Source: Eledone cirrhosa (Eukaryota). From it: a DNA stretch of 64,000 nt. The notes under the pieces are model-generated. The model was given only the letters and a program-made list of their open reading frames with translations. It had not been told where the DNA came from and did not search any database. The stretch is taken from the NCBI GenBank assembly GCA_964016885.1, contig OZ024742.1:33418001-33482000 (forward strand). Reading direction: 5' to 3'. The position numbers were made by a program, and so were the translations under genes. Position 1 is the stretch's first letter. Every line of letters begins with the position of its first letter. This document shows positions 32,863-46,900 of this stretch, in pieces.

Positions 32863-33347
32863 ATGCAGTGCTTGTACTAATATATGGGTATTTTGTATTA
32901 TGGCATATCACCAGTTAGCTTGGTCCTATGTAATCTTTGACAGGTTCAGTTTTCTGAGGTCATTAGACTAAGTCTGATATAAGAAACTCTTAGTTAAATT
33001 ATTTGACCATGTCTGGCATGAGAACTTTCTAGCTCAGTCATTAGACTGTCAGGGATGGGATCTTCCAGCCTATGCCAGCATGGAAAAACAGGTGTAAAAT
33101 GATGAGGATGAATTTATAGTACCTAATTTGAGAATGGTGGAAGTCTGTAGTAATGTGGTCACTCAGTTAGCAATAAATACATGGTTTCAACAACACTTTT
33201 CTGTCTTCAGATGGTGCTTACATATCCTAAATTATATTCTAGTTAACAACTGAGATGGATTTTACAGTGAACAGTTTTTTCTTACAGATAATACTCTATA
33301 TGCAATGTTCTCAAGTAGATTGGTCACTTGCACAGAAGTGTTTATTA

Positions 33348-33798
33348 TCTATATTCTACTAAAACTCTGTGATTGTGTCTTGTCTGTAAAATAATTGTTT
33401 CTACTTTAGGCACAAGGCCAGCAATTACCCAGTGCATTACTGGTACTTTATTTTATCAACCCCGTAAGGATGAAAGGCAAAGTCAACCTCGGCAAAATGG
33501 CACATAATGGGAAAATACTTTGAAAGGAAGTTGCCCCTGAAATGGGAATACAAATGGAATAAAACAAATTTTGCGTAAATCAGAGCACAGGTTCCCAAGA
33601 AACAGGGTTTTTCCAGGTGCCTTCATAAATAGAGAGAGAGAAAGATAGAGAGAAAGAGATAGTGATTGTGAGAGAGTAAATTGAAAGAGAGACATGTCTT
33701 TGTATGTTTTAATTATTTAAAAATTATTTTTAAGTGAACATGATTTAAAAAAAAATATTTTCAAGTGAACATAACCCAATGGGTCATAGGTGGTCTAG
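33348..33798 (+). mobile_element. Non-autonomous Helitron-like element with nested SINE fragment
   Basis: A|TC start and CTAG|T end; homologous to 20160-21193. Confidence 0.62.
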
Positions 33799-34780
33799 TT
33801 GATAGCTAAATGATAGAGATGACTTAACTCTTCATACAGAGACCATACTTAAAATCTTACACAACTTATGCCCATACTGCTTTCATATTTCAAAACCTGT
33901 TTTTACAGACATTACACAAACTCAGTTTATAGTAGCATTTTATTAACATAACAAAATTTTAAGGTGAAATATTTGATGTGATGATATCCAGAGTCAATTG
34001 TGGGGAATATCCAGTATCCAATCCCTGAAATAAACCTCTATTGATACAAATTTTTCCACTTATTAATACTATTATATTTTCAAAAATTTATCACCAGGTA
34101 CATCTATCTTCTTGAATTATGTGTATAGTTTTTTGGGTATGTCGAATTGTGTTCATATGGGCGGTCTAGTCTGGTTTTGTGAGATTTGTTTTGTTGTTTA
34201 TAGACTTACTTTAATTTTTTCATCCATTCTTGTGTAGAATATGTAAACTGTGTTATGTTATTGGGTGGTGATAGTGTTTTATATGTACTGTGGGATTATG
34301 TTATAATCATTACGAGGCAGTTATGGAGACTGAACTGCTGTCAGTGGCGTGTGGAATATCAGGTTTAAATATTATCATTAATAGTGTGTTAGTAGTATTA
34401 GTATTTTTCATCATGATTATTATTACAAGTTTTATTGCACCACTATGGAAGGGTTTTAATTTTGTAGTACTGCCTTCCAAGAAAAATAAAATAAATTCCT
34501 TCCAAGTTAACTTAAATTTAGTTAGACCATTTGTGAAGAAAAAATTAGTACTTTTTAAAGGTGTTTCTTTCCAAATATTAACTAGACACTGCAAACAACA
34601 AATGTTAACCATTGCAAGCAAGAAATATGATTTCAAACCAGAACAACAAAATAACCTTATAAAAAGGCCACGGTTATGCAATAAAAAATATCTCCATAAC
34701 ATCGAATTACATCTTCTAAAGAGAAATCAATCTGGTAAAGCCATCATGTATCTCTGAAGTTTGGTGGAATGAAATATTTA

Positions 34781-34903
34781 CTAGTTGGTTTTCTTCTTTA
34801 ATTCAGCATCTAGTTCCTTCATGATACGTAATGCAAGCTCATCCTTATATGTAGGAGCAATAATCTGGATATTGACTGGAAGACCAACACTGCCAGGAAT
34901 TGA
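34781..34903 (-). CDS. FAAH: FAAH-B terminal exon
   Basis: Reverse complement of 26933-27055 with no differences seen; [13 protein letters not shown]...KKKTN*. Confidence 0.92.
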   Translation of the reverse strand, partial: SIPGSVGLPVNIQIIAPTYKDELALRIMKELDAELKKKTN

Positions 34904-37900
34904 CTGTAAAAATAAATATATATTTGAAATTATCACAATAGTAGATGTTGTACAGGTATTAGTGGCTGGGAAGCTTAAGATATCTTAGACAACAGGCTAT
35001 AAAGTCATGAATTCAAACATTGCTACATTTATGATCAAGACATGTGGTCTACTTAACTCTTCTATTTAATGTGATTGTGCAATACATGAAATAAATTAAG
35101 ATTATCATCTCCAGGATTATTAACTTCATCATTACAATGTATATTTATAATATTTACATCAACATTCCATTTTGATGCATTTGATGTTTGATTATCTTCA
35201 AATGCTCAAACAAATAAAACTATAGTGTAGATTATATAAACATTGTTAACACACATTAAAGAAGGTGTTAATAAATAGGATGAATATAATCTTAAATAGC
35301 AACAACCTATCTTAGTAGATATTTAGACATTTAATAAAATAAATTGTTGGACCTTTTCTGACCAGAATTATCTGTCAATGTCCAAAGTATATAATAATAA
35401 TAATGAAATTATTGTGTACAGTGCTCAGGTGCACTACAACTCATCAAAAATGCATGTATAGTACATAGAATAATGTACAAATGTCAGGAAAATGAACAGT
35501 GTATGAGTCATGATATAATAACAATAACAATAATGAAATATTGTGTACAGTGCCCAGGTGCACCACAACTCATCAAAAAAGTGCATGTACAGTACATAGG
35601 GCAATGCACAAACATCAGTAAAATGAACAGTGCACGAGTCATGATACACACATGTGTGCATGTGTATGGAAGGGGTACATCAGGTGTAGTTTTGGCGTAT
35701 TTCGGGAAGCATGAGTGTCTTAAAGGATGCAGTGTCTCGGCAGCTAACAATTGACGCAGGCAGTTTGTTCCATGCTTCAGCAACTCTGAGCGTGAAAAAA
35801 TGTCTGCGAAAGTCATGGGAGCTGTGCTGTTTTCTTATCTTGTAGGCATGTCCACGTGTGTTAGACACATGGAGATCAAAGAGGCGCTCAGGGTTGCAGT
35901 TGGCGAGATGGTTAAAAACTTTGTGGGTATTCACCAAGTCCATTGCCAGACGTCGGAGCTTCAATGAATCCATGCCCAGGGAAGCAAGGCGTTCAGAGTA
36001 TGGTAGGTGTCTGATGGAGGGTATGCGCTTGGTTGCACGTCTCTGAACAGTTTCCAGGAGGTCAATGTTCCGAGCAAGATAGGGGTTCCAGACTGATGAT
36101 GCGAATTCCAAGTGTGGTCGCACCATAGCTGTATACAGTTTTAAATAGATGGCTGGAGAGCGGCTAACAAAGGTCTTGCTGAGTGATGCCAAGACACCCT
36201 CGGCCTTCTTGACAATCTTAGAGACATGCTTTGTCCAACGCAAATCGTTGCTGACAGTAATGCCCAGGTCACGTTCACAAGAGGACTTTTTGATGTCAGT
36301 GTTGTGGAGGGAGTATGTGGACGCTGGATATTTCCTTCCAAAATGCATGGTGGTACACTTGTCCACAGCCAGCTTCAGTTGCCAGTCTGTGATCCATTGC
36401 TGCATTGTGTCCAGGTCTGACTGTAGGAAAGAGTTGTAAATTTCAGGATCAGTCCTTTTGATTTCAAGGTACAGCTTGATGTCATCTGCATATTTTAGTA
36501 CCGTGGCATTCTGTAAGTTGGCATCTATGTCATTAATATATGCCACAAACAAAAGAGGACCAAGAACAGATCCCTGTGGTACACCAGATGACATCTCATA
36601 TGGTGAAGAATGCTGTCCTAGAACCGTGACTACTTCCTTTCGGCTGAGAATGAAGGATTTCAGCCAGTTGAAAAGATCATCCCTCACACCCATTGCAGAG
36701 AGTTTTGCCATAAGTCTTTTGTGTGGCACAGAATTAAAAGCCTTAGCAAAGTCAAGGTAAACAACATCCACCCATGAGCCGCTGTCAGTGATCCGGGTGA
36801 TGTCCTCAAGGAACTCGATAAGCTGATCACAGCAGCTGGAGTTAGGGATAAATCCAAACTGTGAGGGCCGGATGAGGCTGTGAGAGCTCCAGAAGTTCCA
36901 AAGTGTTTCTCTGACACAGGATTCCATCAGTTTGGCCATACAGCTAGTAAGACTGACTGAACGATAGTTGACAGGTGACATGCGGTTGCCCTTTTTGAAC
37001 AGGGGAATGATATAAACATCATTCTCACCATTAAGAATACAGTGAATTGGTGATTGGTTCAATGGAAAACTATAAGCAAAGGTGTTATTGTAAAAAAAAT
37101 ACTGGATTTAAAATTATAATAATCCTACCTTTTTCAAACAACATTCAGTCAGTGTTTTGGCAATGTAAGTATTTTTTATATCTTCTTCTGTTACCTTGGT
37201 GACTGGCATTGAAACACCAGGATAGTTCAGTAGATTGTAGAGCAGAGTGTAGGATGGATACCCTATAAGGAAAATAATTAGGAGAAAGAAACATAATAGT
37301 AGTAGTTGTTGTTTTGTTCTTAAGTCATCTTTCATTGAGCAAACCTATGATGGAAAACATCTAGCCAATACTATCCTGTCTTTTGTACATCTAGCACTAC
37401 ACTGTCCATTGTGTCCTTCCATTTCAAAGACAGGAGGCTGTGATTTGAAGGAGATTTATCTACTATTTTCACCCCCCCCCCCCCCCCCAAAAAAAATAGG
37501 TAGAGCCCTCTCATTGGCCAATGGGTTAAATTATCTATGATATAATTGTTTAAGTCTCAAGCTAACCCTCACTAAAAAGACCTATAATCAGTGGTGTTCC
37601 AACTACAGTCATCGTGGATTGTGTATGCGCAGCCCATAGGATGGACACTACCTGTAATTCAAAGAGCCATCGTGTTACTTGTCTGTATGAAGATTACATT
37701 AATATAATAATGATAATAATAATATAATAATGAAATTATTGTGTACAGTGCTCAGGTGCACTACAACTCGTCAAAAGTGCATGTATAGTACATAGAATAA
37801 TATACAAATGTCAGGGAAGGGATAAATGCTTATAATATACTCATAAAATATACAGTTCCAACAACTGGAATAAACATTGTCAACACTGATATTTACTTTA

Positions 37901-40900
37901 GCTAACCATCCAAAATTTCAGAAACATTCTTTTATGGCTTATTTATTTGATGTGAGATAAAGAGGATCATCTCTTTGACTACTAATCTGTGATTTACATC
38001 CATGCATAATTTTCTTACAAATCTGGTTTTCTGGAAGTTTCTTTTTCTAAAGTTCAATTTAGATAAATCTAAAGTATTATGGACTTACTACCAAATTGTA
38101 GACAACTAATCAGAGGTGATGGAGCAGCCATGACAGGGCAGATTAGAGCATCCAATTCATTCTTTTTCAAAGCATCAGCAAACTCTTTATCATAATTCTG
38201 AAACATTGGAAAATAGTCATTGTTGTGAAAATTTGCAAAGACTTTAATTTTTAATGTGATTTGTTATAGTGCTGTTTTGTACTTTTCAAGAATGTTTTAC
38301 TAATGTAGTTTCATGCAGTACAGATTATAAGATTTAAATCTGTAAATCTGATATTTCCTAGCATTGGATTTTTCAATATTACAAGCTCTTATAAAAAGGT
38401 GAATTTCAACTTAATTATTTTGACAATGATATAGTTGAAATATAGATGAAATGTCAGAAAAGTTAACTATAACTAATTGAGAAAATTATCAATCAAAAGG
38501 AGAATGACATTTTAAACTGACTCACTTCTTTTTCACAAACCAAATTATATATATCGCTGTATTTTCTGGAATTAAAAATGGAAAGAAAACATTGAAATAT
38601 TTTGTTATCATTTTGTATATTATCAAGTTTAAACTTTTCAAAGAATACAGTTCTATATAAAATTGAACCAAAAGATGTAAATATTTGTTTTATATAAAAA
38701 AATTGAATTCTGCTTAAGAAGTCATTTTGTTTTCATGTGATATCAATATTGACAACACTGATATTCATATAGACCAGTGGTTCCCAACCTATTTTGCTCC
38801 ATGCCCCACCTCAACATCAAAAAATGTTTATGCTCCCCTTTGATTCAAAAACAAACTGAGTTTTGTAAAAGTGTAATTACTCTAATATAAAGTAGAAATC
38901 CTTTAATTAAGCAAAGCTAAAAATTAGGCAAACAATTTTTTCTTCCAATTTAAGTTCAACTTAACTTGCAGAGCTCAAGATAAAATAATTGTTTCTACTT
39001 TTGGCACAAGGCCAGCAATTACCCAATGCATTACTGGTACTTTATTTTATCGACCCCGATGAAAGGCAAAGTTAACCTCGGCGGGATTTGAACTCAGAAT
39101 GGCAAGAGCTGCAACTCTATGTGTCAAAGCATAGTGTCCAACCCTCTACCGCAATCCACCGCTCAAGATAAAATAATGCAAGTTAGTCATTGATCCTCGA
39201 GCTTGATGTATGCTACAAAGTGTTTTATTTGAGGCATTAATTTAGTCAGTTTTAACCTTAAATCTCATTGTTTTGTGATATCCAGTTGATTTCTTTTTTT
39301 CAGTAATAAGTCATTGACAGCACTAAGACAAAGTGTAACTGAAAGTTTGGTCGTATTACATCACTTTCAAATTTCCCCCCTGTCGAGCGTCCATCCCACG
39401 TTGAGAATCACTGATATAGCCAACACACCCAACAGTCAATCATTTGTTGGTGTGTGTGTGTGTTTAAGGGTTTGTGCATGCATTTGTGACATTGTTATTG
39501 CATATATTGTGTCCCTTTATGTTCAATAACTTAGCAGGTTAACAAATAAAGACTGCTAAGATAATTATCAGATAAAAATAAGTACTAGCATTGATATGAT
39601 TGACTACATATATTTTGAAGATAGTACCCCAGTAAAGTCTCAGTCCGACGACAGAAACTAGTAAAAATGTAAAAGACTAAAAGAAAAGATAGAGAGATAT
39701 AAACAAATAGCACAACCTATTTCACACTTACCTACATCCACTCATAGCAGAAAAGATTCTAGATGATATCTTATCCTAGAAAATAGAGGATCTAATTTAT
39801 AAAAAATAAAAGAAAGGAAAAAAGAGAACAGGCAGTGGGATTTTGGTTCCATTGTATTCAGACCTGATCATCATCATCATCATTTTACATCTGCTTTTCC
39901 CTGCTTGCAAGGGTGAGACGGGAACTGATTCTGGCTTGATTTCTACAGCTGGATGCCCTTCCTAACACCAACCTCATTTACAGTGAGTGCTGGGTGTTTT
40001 TTTACCGTGGCACCTACACGACCACTTTACAGTGGAATGATAGGGACCCCAGTCCCTATCATCTCATTTCTACAGCTGAGTAAACTGGAGCAATGTGAAA
40101 TAAAGTGTCTTGCTCAAGGAAACAACACATCACCCGGTCTGAGAATTGAACTCACAACCTTTCGATTGCAAGGCCAATGCTCTAACCACTAAGCCATGTG
40201 CCTCCATGTATATATTTATTTACCACACCACATATATACAGGGTGTCCCCCCAAAAAATGTATACATACTTTGATTACCTGTACAGGTAGTATCTATTAG
40301 AATGCTGTTGGGACACCCTGTATATACAGAGATATTGAAGCAAGAGAAATTTCTTAGCATGACTGAAATGTTGACCCTTTCTGCCCTATTTCTCTTTTCA
40401 TTTGACAGTTAATGATTCCACTTTTTTTACAGCTACTAACTGCCTTCAACAAATGTTATTGATGAAATCACTCCCCCACCTTCATTTCTTGGACCCCGTA
40501 CTGTCAAGCTCCTCTGCAAGATTGGAACGTCAGTGGCCTTTTTGAGGAAGGAGCCCTGCGAGGTGGCGTGGCTGTTGCAGCAGGTGTTGCTGGCCATTGT
40601 CTGCGGGAATGCTTTTGCAGTCTTGTCTGCAGAGTGCAGCCCCATTACCACTGCGCCCTAGGTCCAGAGCCCATTCACCCCCATCCCACCCATCTCCCCA
40701 TTCTTCTGTGACACTAGAGTCCTTGCAATTCCTTCCCTTTTCCATTTTTTTCTTTTTATATTTTGTTACGAATTACTCAGCGATCAAAAGAGTGACTTCG
40801 ATAAGAAAGTAATTCAGTAAGGAGGAGACACTTGAAAGACAGTGTTATCACAAAGTGCCTGTTTGAGAAGAAGCTTCTCAAGTATTCACTTACAAAATAC

Positions 40901-43900
40901 TTATATATTTTAATTATTAATATTTACACATACAATTTGTTTTAAAAGATCAGTTTTTTATCATCATAATCATGCTGGCAAGGGTTGGACTAGACTGGTT
41001 GGGGAACAATATCTTGCTCAGCCATGGTGCAGGCATAGCTGTGTGTTTAACCTTTAGCATGCTAGTAATTTTTATGAGTTGTTTCCCTTGACACACTATT
41101 ATCTATTAAAGGGAGATTACTCTATGGTGCCCTGTGTCGCCGACAACGTGTCTATTTCACTATGTAGCACCTTTGGCTATAATAGTCTACTACTGCCTCA
41201 GAATGAATTTGGTAGATGGGAACTGCAAAAGAAGGCCATTGTGTATGTGTGTGTGTGTAAATTTACTGACTATACTATAATGACAATGCCAGTAGCATTT
41301 GTTTATAAACGATATGTCCTGCAGCATAGAGTTTTGAGGTAGATAAGTGGCACATACTGTACTTATAAAGTATGAGTTAGCATCATGTAGGGCACCTGAC
41401 ATAAAAACAGAGATTTCCTCAGAAAGACTTGTATAACCCATGTCAACAATGGTGTGTGTGTGTGTCTTTTGCTGATATATATAGTTGAATAAGGTTGAGC
41501 AAAGTTTAAAGTGTTGATCAGCAGTTCCACAAATAACTTCAGTGATTCTGCCTCATGTAAAATGTATTAATATATATGGCAGAAAAACATTGATGGAAAA
41601 CAGGAGGTTGAATTAAGTGCAAGAATTGCAAAAGCTGGTGCAATAATACACCAGCTTCAGCATTCAGTCATCAGAAGAAGGGGGGTAGGTGTGAAAGGAA
41701 ACCCAGGGGTACACTGTGAGCCAGATGGTTGGATAACATCCATGAGCTTAGTTGGTCTTACTTGGCAATCCAGCTAGATGAACTGAAGATGGGTGCTTTT
41801 TACAGGAGCTATTGGAAGATTCCCAGGAATGTGGGGGCAAAGAAGAAAAAGAAAAAAATATTTAGCATTATGAAGATATTACTTACAAAAGGGTAAAAAA
41901 GGATCGAAAAAAATTTGAAGAAACCTTCAAAGTGTTTTGCAAAGAACATCTCCTTAGATGGTTTTTCATGTTTTCTGAAAAACAAGAGAGACAAATAATA
42001 TATTAAATGACACACCTTTAAAATACAATACTGCTTCTTATATCATTGTTTTTAAAACACTGTACATACTTGAATATAAAGCTGAGGAATATGTGACCAA
42101 AACATCAATGGTAAAATGGAGGTTCAGATTATTTGGGATGAATATTTTGAAGATTTTCACCAACTTCAAATTCTATGTAAATAAGGTGCTAAAATATCTG
42201 GAGTGATCATTTCACATATTTACTATATCTTGAGTTTTATTAATCCTTTGCCTTGAGAACATACTCAACAAATTTTTATTTGAACTTTTTAATACATAAA
42301 TATTCCCTACACATATACACATACACGCATGCACACATACACCAACTGTTTTTCTCTGTGACTTTTTTTTTTTAATGCTAACGAGAGATTTATTTACAAT
42401 AGTTTATAACTTTGCCTATTAATCCGTATGGTGAGCAAATGGGGTCCCATGTACTGGCCTCCTCACAGCCCGGTGGACAGGATGGAGAAGGCGTTTCCTC
42501 GGAGGGTGGTAAGGGAGATGCGCTGGAAGAGACATTCCAACTCGCGAGGCTCACACCTGTGGCTGGCCAGCTCAGCGCCTATGGTGGTGAGTAGGGAGGT
42601 ACCCCTAGGGCCAAGGACACCAAAAGTCTCCACTGCCAAGGGCACGATCGCGAACCTGTCGGAGAGCGACCGGTATTTGAAGAGTTTGGCCTCATCAGCC
42701 CGATGTGCAGCAGCACCTGGGTTAGTCGCAGACTTTACCAGGTTGCGGCTGAAGAAAGTGTCGGTGCAAGTGGCCATCCCAGACAAGGGGTTTGCCACCG
42801 TGGAATGGGAAGATGGTCATACCGTCTGGCCTTTTGCCACCCCATGATGTTATTGAGCAGACCACAGAGCAGAAAGTGATAAGTGTAGAATTGGGGTGAA
42901 GAGTGGATGAGTGAGTATCTGACTGATAAAATGACAAGTCAGTCAATCATATCGGTGGCCTCCCCACAGTTCCAGCAGACAGAATGGAGAAGGCGTTTCC
43001 CTGGAGGACGGCAAGGGAGATGCGCTCGAAAAGCCACTCCAATTCTCGAGGCTCACACCTGTGGCTGGCCAGCTCAACGCCTATGGTGGTGAGTAAGGAG
43101 GTAGCCCTGGTGCCGAGGACACCAGAAGTCTCCACTGCCAAGAGTACACCCGCAAACCTGTCGGAGAGTGACCGGTATTTAAAGAGTTTGGCCTCCTCAA
43201 CCTGACGTGCAGCAGAACCTGGGTCAGTTGCAGACTGCACCAGGTTAGCTGCATTGACGGGGTTTAAATTTTTGCCCATTTCTAAGACATAAAATAGGAG
43301 GCCGACTTGCATTCAAGTATATATGGTAATTCTTTATGTTAGGTAGAAGATGAGAAAATGTCTTGAACAACATGGGTGCAGATTTAGGTATGTGTAAATG
43401 AGTTGCAACCACATAGTTATGAGTTCAATACCTCTGTGTGGCATAATGGGCAATTTAAAAAAAAAAAATTATTATTAATGTCTCAAATTAACTAAAGCTT
43501 TGTGAGAGTATTCTGAGGAAGAAGGAATTAGCATAGAGGTTAGAAGGAATCTTGCAGGGTAGACACAATATAGGTGATGAATGGAGAGATAAGTGAAATT
43601 AAAGTGCCTGAATGAAGGTGGCATGAGACCAGACAAGTTTCAAGGAGCAGGGAGGCCATTGTAGCAATGGTAGAAAAGGAAGAGAGAAGAGATAGTATGT
43701 CTGAGTTTCAGATGTTAGAGTGTGTTGGTAAATGAATTAATGCCAACATGTAGTATATTCCCACATTTCATTCCCTTACAAAACTATACCATCATCATCG
43801 TTTAATGTCTGTTCTCCTTGCTAGCAAGGATTATGTTCATTAAATATGTGTCTATGCTTTGGTATACAGAAATGTTTCCTGTATAAGAATACTTATGATG

Positions 43901-46900
43901 TAGTCATTCAATCTTCAGATATACATTCACATAACTGTAGATATACAACCACAAAATGAGATATTATACAATATTTAAGAGAGTTCATAGAATGTTGATA
44001 AATTCAATTGTTGTGAGGAGAAGGAAGTTTAACATTTCAGATTCTTGTCTTCAATGGTAAGAAGTCAAAAAGACAAGTGTTATCTACAGTCAGACCAACA
44101 ACACCTCCATATTTCTCTAACCTCCACTGAAGAGCAACTACCTGAAACATCAACATCATACATTCAACTCTTCATGATAATTAAATTTATCAACATTCTA
44201 CATTCTTTTCATTGGATTAATTATTTCCAACACAGACCCTCACAGTTTCTTTACATTCCAAACATTACTCCATAAAATACTTACATCAGTCTCGTCACGG
44301 GGTAGCCATCTGTCAACATTATAGTCATTGCCAAACAGAGAGCATCTAAGACTCTGGGAGGAGTAAATTCCACCACCTGTAAAAAAAATAACAAAAATAA
44401 AACAGCAACAACATTTATCAGTGATGCCCTCTTCATCAAATATTGATAGAAATAGTAAAATATAACAAGTTAGTCATGAAAAAGTAAAACAGTAATGAGT
44501 TAACCATCTATTAATGAAACACTTCTTGGTTACTCTTTATTAAACATGTTATTTGAATCAATGAGGGTGGAGTCTATGCCAGAATCCACAAATTGACCCC
44601 AGGTATATACAAAAATAAATCAGTAAACAGAATGTAAGATAAACAGATAATAATGACTAATTATATATAAGTCAGAAATGTGTATAAGCAAGTTAAATTT
44701 TATGTTTCTAGGGGTGGTGGATTGGCAGTATCGGTAGAGGGTCGGACGCCATGCTTTTCAGCATAGAGTTACGGCCCTTTGTGGTCTGAGTTCAAATCCT
44801 GCTGAGGTTAACTTTGCATTTCATCCTTACAGGGTCGATAAAATAAAGTACCTGTAATGTACTGGGGTAATTGCTGGCCTTGTGCCAAAAGTAAAAATAA
44901 TTATTTTATGTTTCTATATCTTATACAAATGTCAGGTTTTGGCCCAAAAGTTCAGTCACCCCCACCCAACTACTTTGGGACACCTGCTGTATGTCGTTGC
45001 CCAATCTACCATAAATAGCAGTAAACCTCCTTCAATTCATATTTGTTTATCATCTTAATCATCTGATGGCCAATGGCATTCCATCCATGACTACTACTTT
45101 TATAAAGTGTATTTATGAACATGTTATTTAATGTTCCCTTCCCTGTTTTTATTTATTCGGTAGGGAATTATTTGAGAGAGGATTAGGTGCTCTTTCTAAT
45201 AAGTCGAGTGACCAAATAGAAAATCCTTCATAGGCTTAAGTATACATTGGTTGGATAATGTGGTCAAATACACTATGACTAAAAACATGGGGCATTCATA
45301 ACTTGAGCACCTTTGACATATCTCTGAACAAGGCTGACCTAGAGAGCTACATATGTGTTGTTCACTTGCATCTAAACCATTTGGACTGCTTGCTATGTTT
45401 GTGACTAGATCATGATGAAAAAGAGAAAGAGTATAGGATATTTAGTGCAACAACTATCATTATAAACTAAAGCAGCTCAAAAACCAATTTCTTATATGGC
45501 TAGAAATAGCAGATAAATCTCCTTCAAAACACACCACACTGTTTTAAAAATAGGATAATGTAATCTAGAAAACAGAAAGATGGGAAAATCATGTCCATAA
45601 AGTCTTTGCTCATAGATCTTCTTGGCTAGAGCAGACATGGGAATAAGCAAAAGCAACAAGTAAACTAGCTCAGGAACTGTTTGTATTGTAAAATAATTTG
45701 AGGATTGGGCCATTGGTATTTTAGTTCTTTAATCCCAGGACCCTATAGTCCAAGGTGTTTCAACCATGACTTTCCTGTAATTCTTTCAGAGATGGTGTGT
45801 CTTTTGATGGAATTTTGACAACCATGTAGACAGGTCCTAATCGACTTGTTAAAGCATTGGTTGACATTGTTGGACTCAAAATGACATCAATCAAGATAGC
45901 ATTTAGCCACGCAGTTGTAAGTATTGTGAAACACTGAGAATGAATACAACAGATCTATAGTGACTATGCAGAGGAATGTAGTAGTTATTTTTAAATGTTT
46001 ATATTAATCTAAAAAATAACAACCTTTCACTATAATTTTATGTAAGAGCCTTTCTTAAGTTATATTCCAAACACTGTGATTAATAACGAGAAAATTATTT
46101 ATTTTATTAAATATCTTCAAAATAATTTAAAAATGACAGGCTGTATCTTTCATTCGAAATATGGTAATGGAACTGTTAAATTCTGTTATCAAAGCAAAAA
46201 TGAGAAAGAGACTGGATGATGTAAGCTACAAAATCAGATGAGTTGTTATAGGCAATTTAAATCAATAAATGATACATGATGGCTGATACAAGATAGAAAC
46301 AACAGCTATATCTCCCTTAAGTAAAACATTGACTGTACTGAATGCAGGAATGAAAATATACAATAAAAGAAAATAAGACAAGTGAAAAATAACAGCAATA
46401 ATGATGAACATTCTTACTGTGTGTCCTTTGGTTTCCAATGCTTTCTTTGCTACAAGTACAGCTCGACGGCAAGCTTGAGAAGAATTAACCACATTATCAG
46501 TCAAATAATATCCAATACGCAGTTTTTTTGTCTCTTCAAACAACTGAAAAATAATTGAAATAAGAATTTATTATTATTTTTGCTGAGACAGCCTTTGACT
46601 TTAGGAAGTCAGGGTTATCCTGGATATGTGGGCTTCTTCAAATGACCCTCAGTAACAGTCTGAGACAAGGTGGCAGTCACAATTGGCTCTAGGTGTTTTC
46701 CTCCTTTCTGGGATTAGGTAACTGTTTCACTATTGAGATATCCTATTACATTTCTTTTGTCTGCTGCTGTTTACCATGCAGGGCGTTTTTTCATAATTGA
46801 TTCTGCCTAACCATCACTGAAACCACCACCACCATCACGACTGCCACCACTGCCACCTCCAACATCACTCCTGCGGCTAAAAATGAGGTAATCATACTGA

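Noticed and set aside
34290-34757. Overlapping 155-aa and 130-aa ORFs
   Set aside because: AT-rich, no recognisable motif, and they overlap the expected FAAH-B 3'UTR.
37471-37488. Poly-C run at the conversion boundary as a G-quadruplex or recombination signal
   Set aside because: Single homopolymer with unreliable length and no supporting evidence.
40436-40812. GC-richer island with three short ORFs
   Set aside because: No FAAH exon is missing here and no domain was recognised; probably an unidentified repeat fragment.
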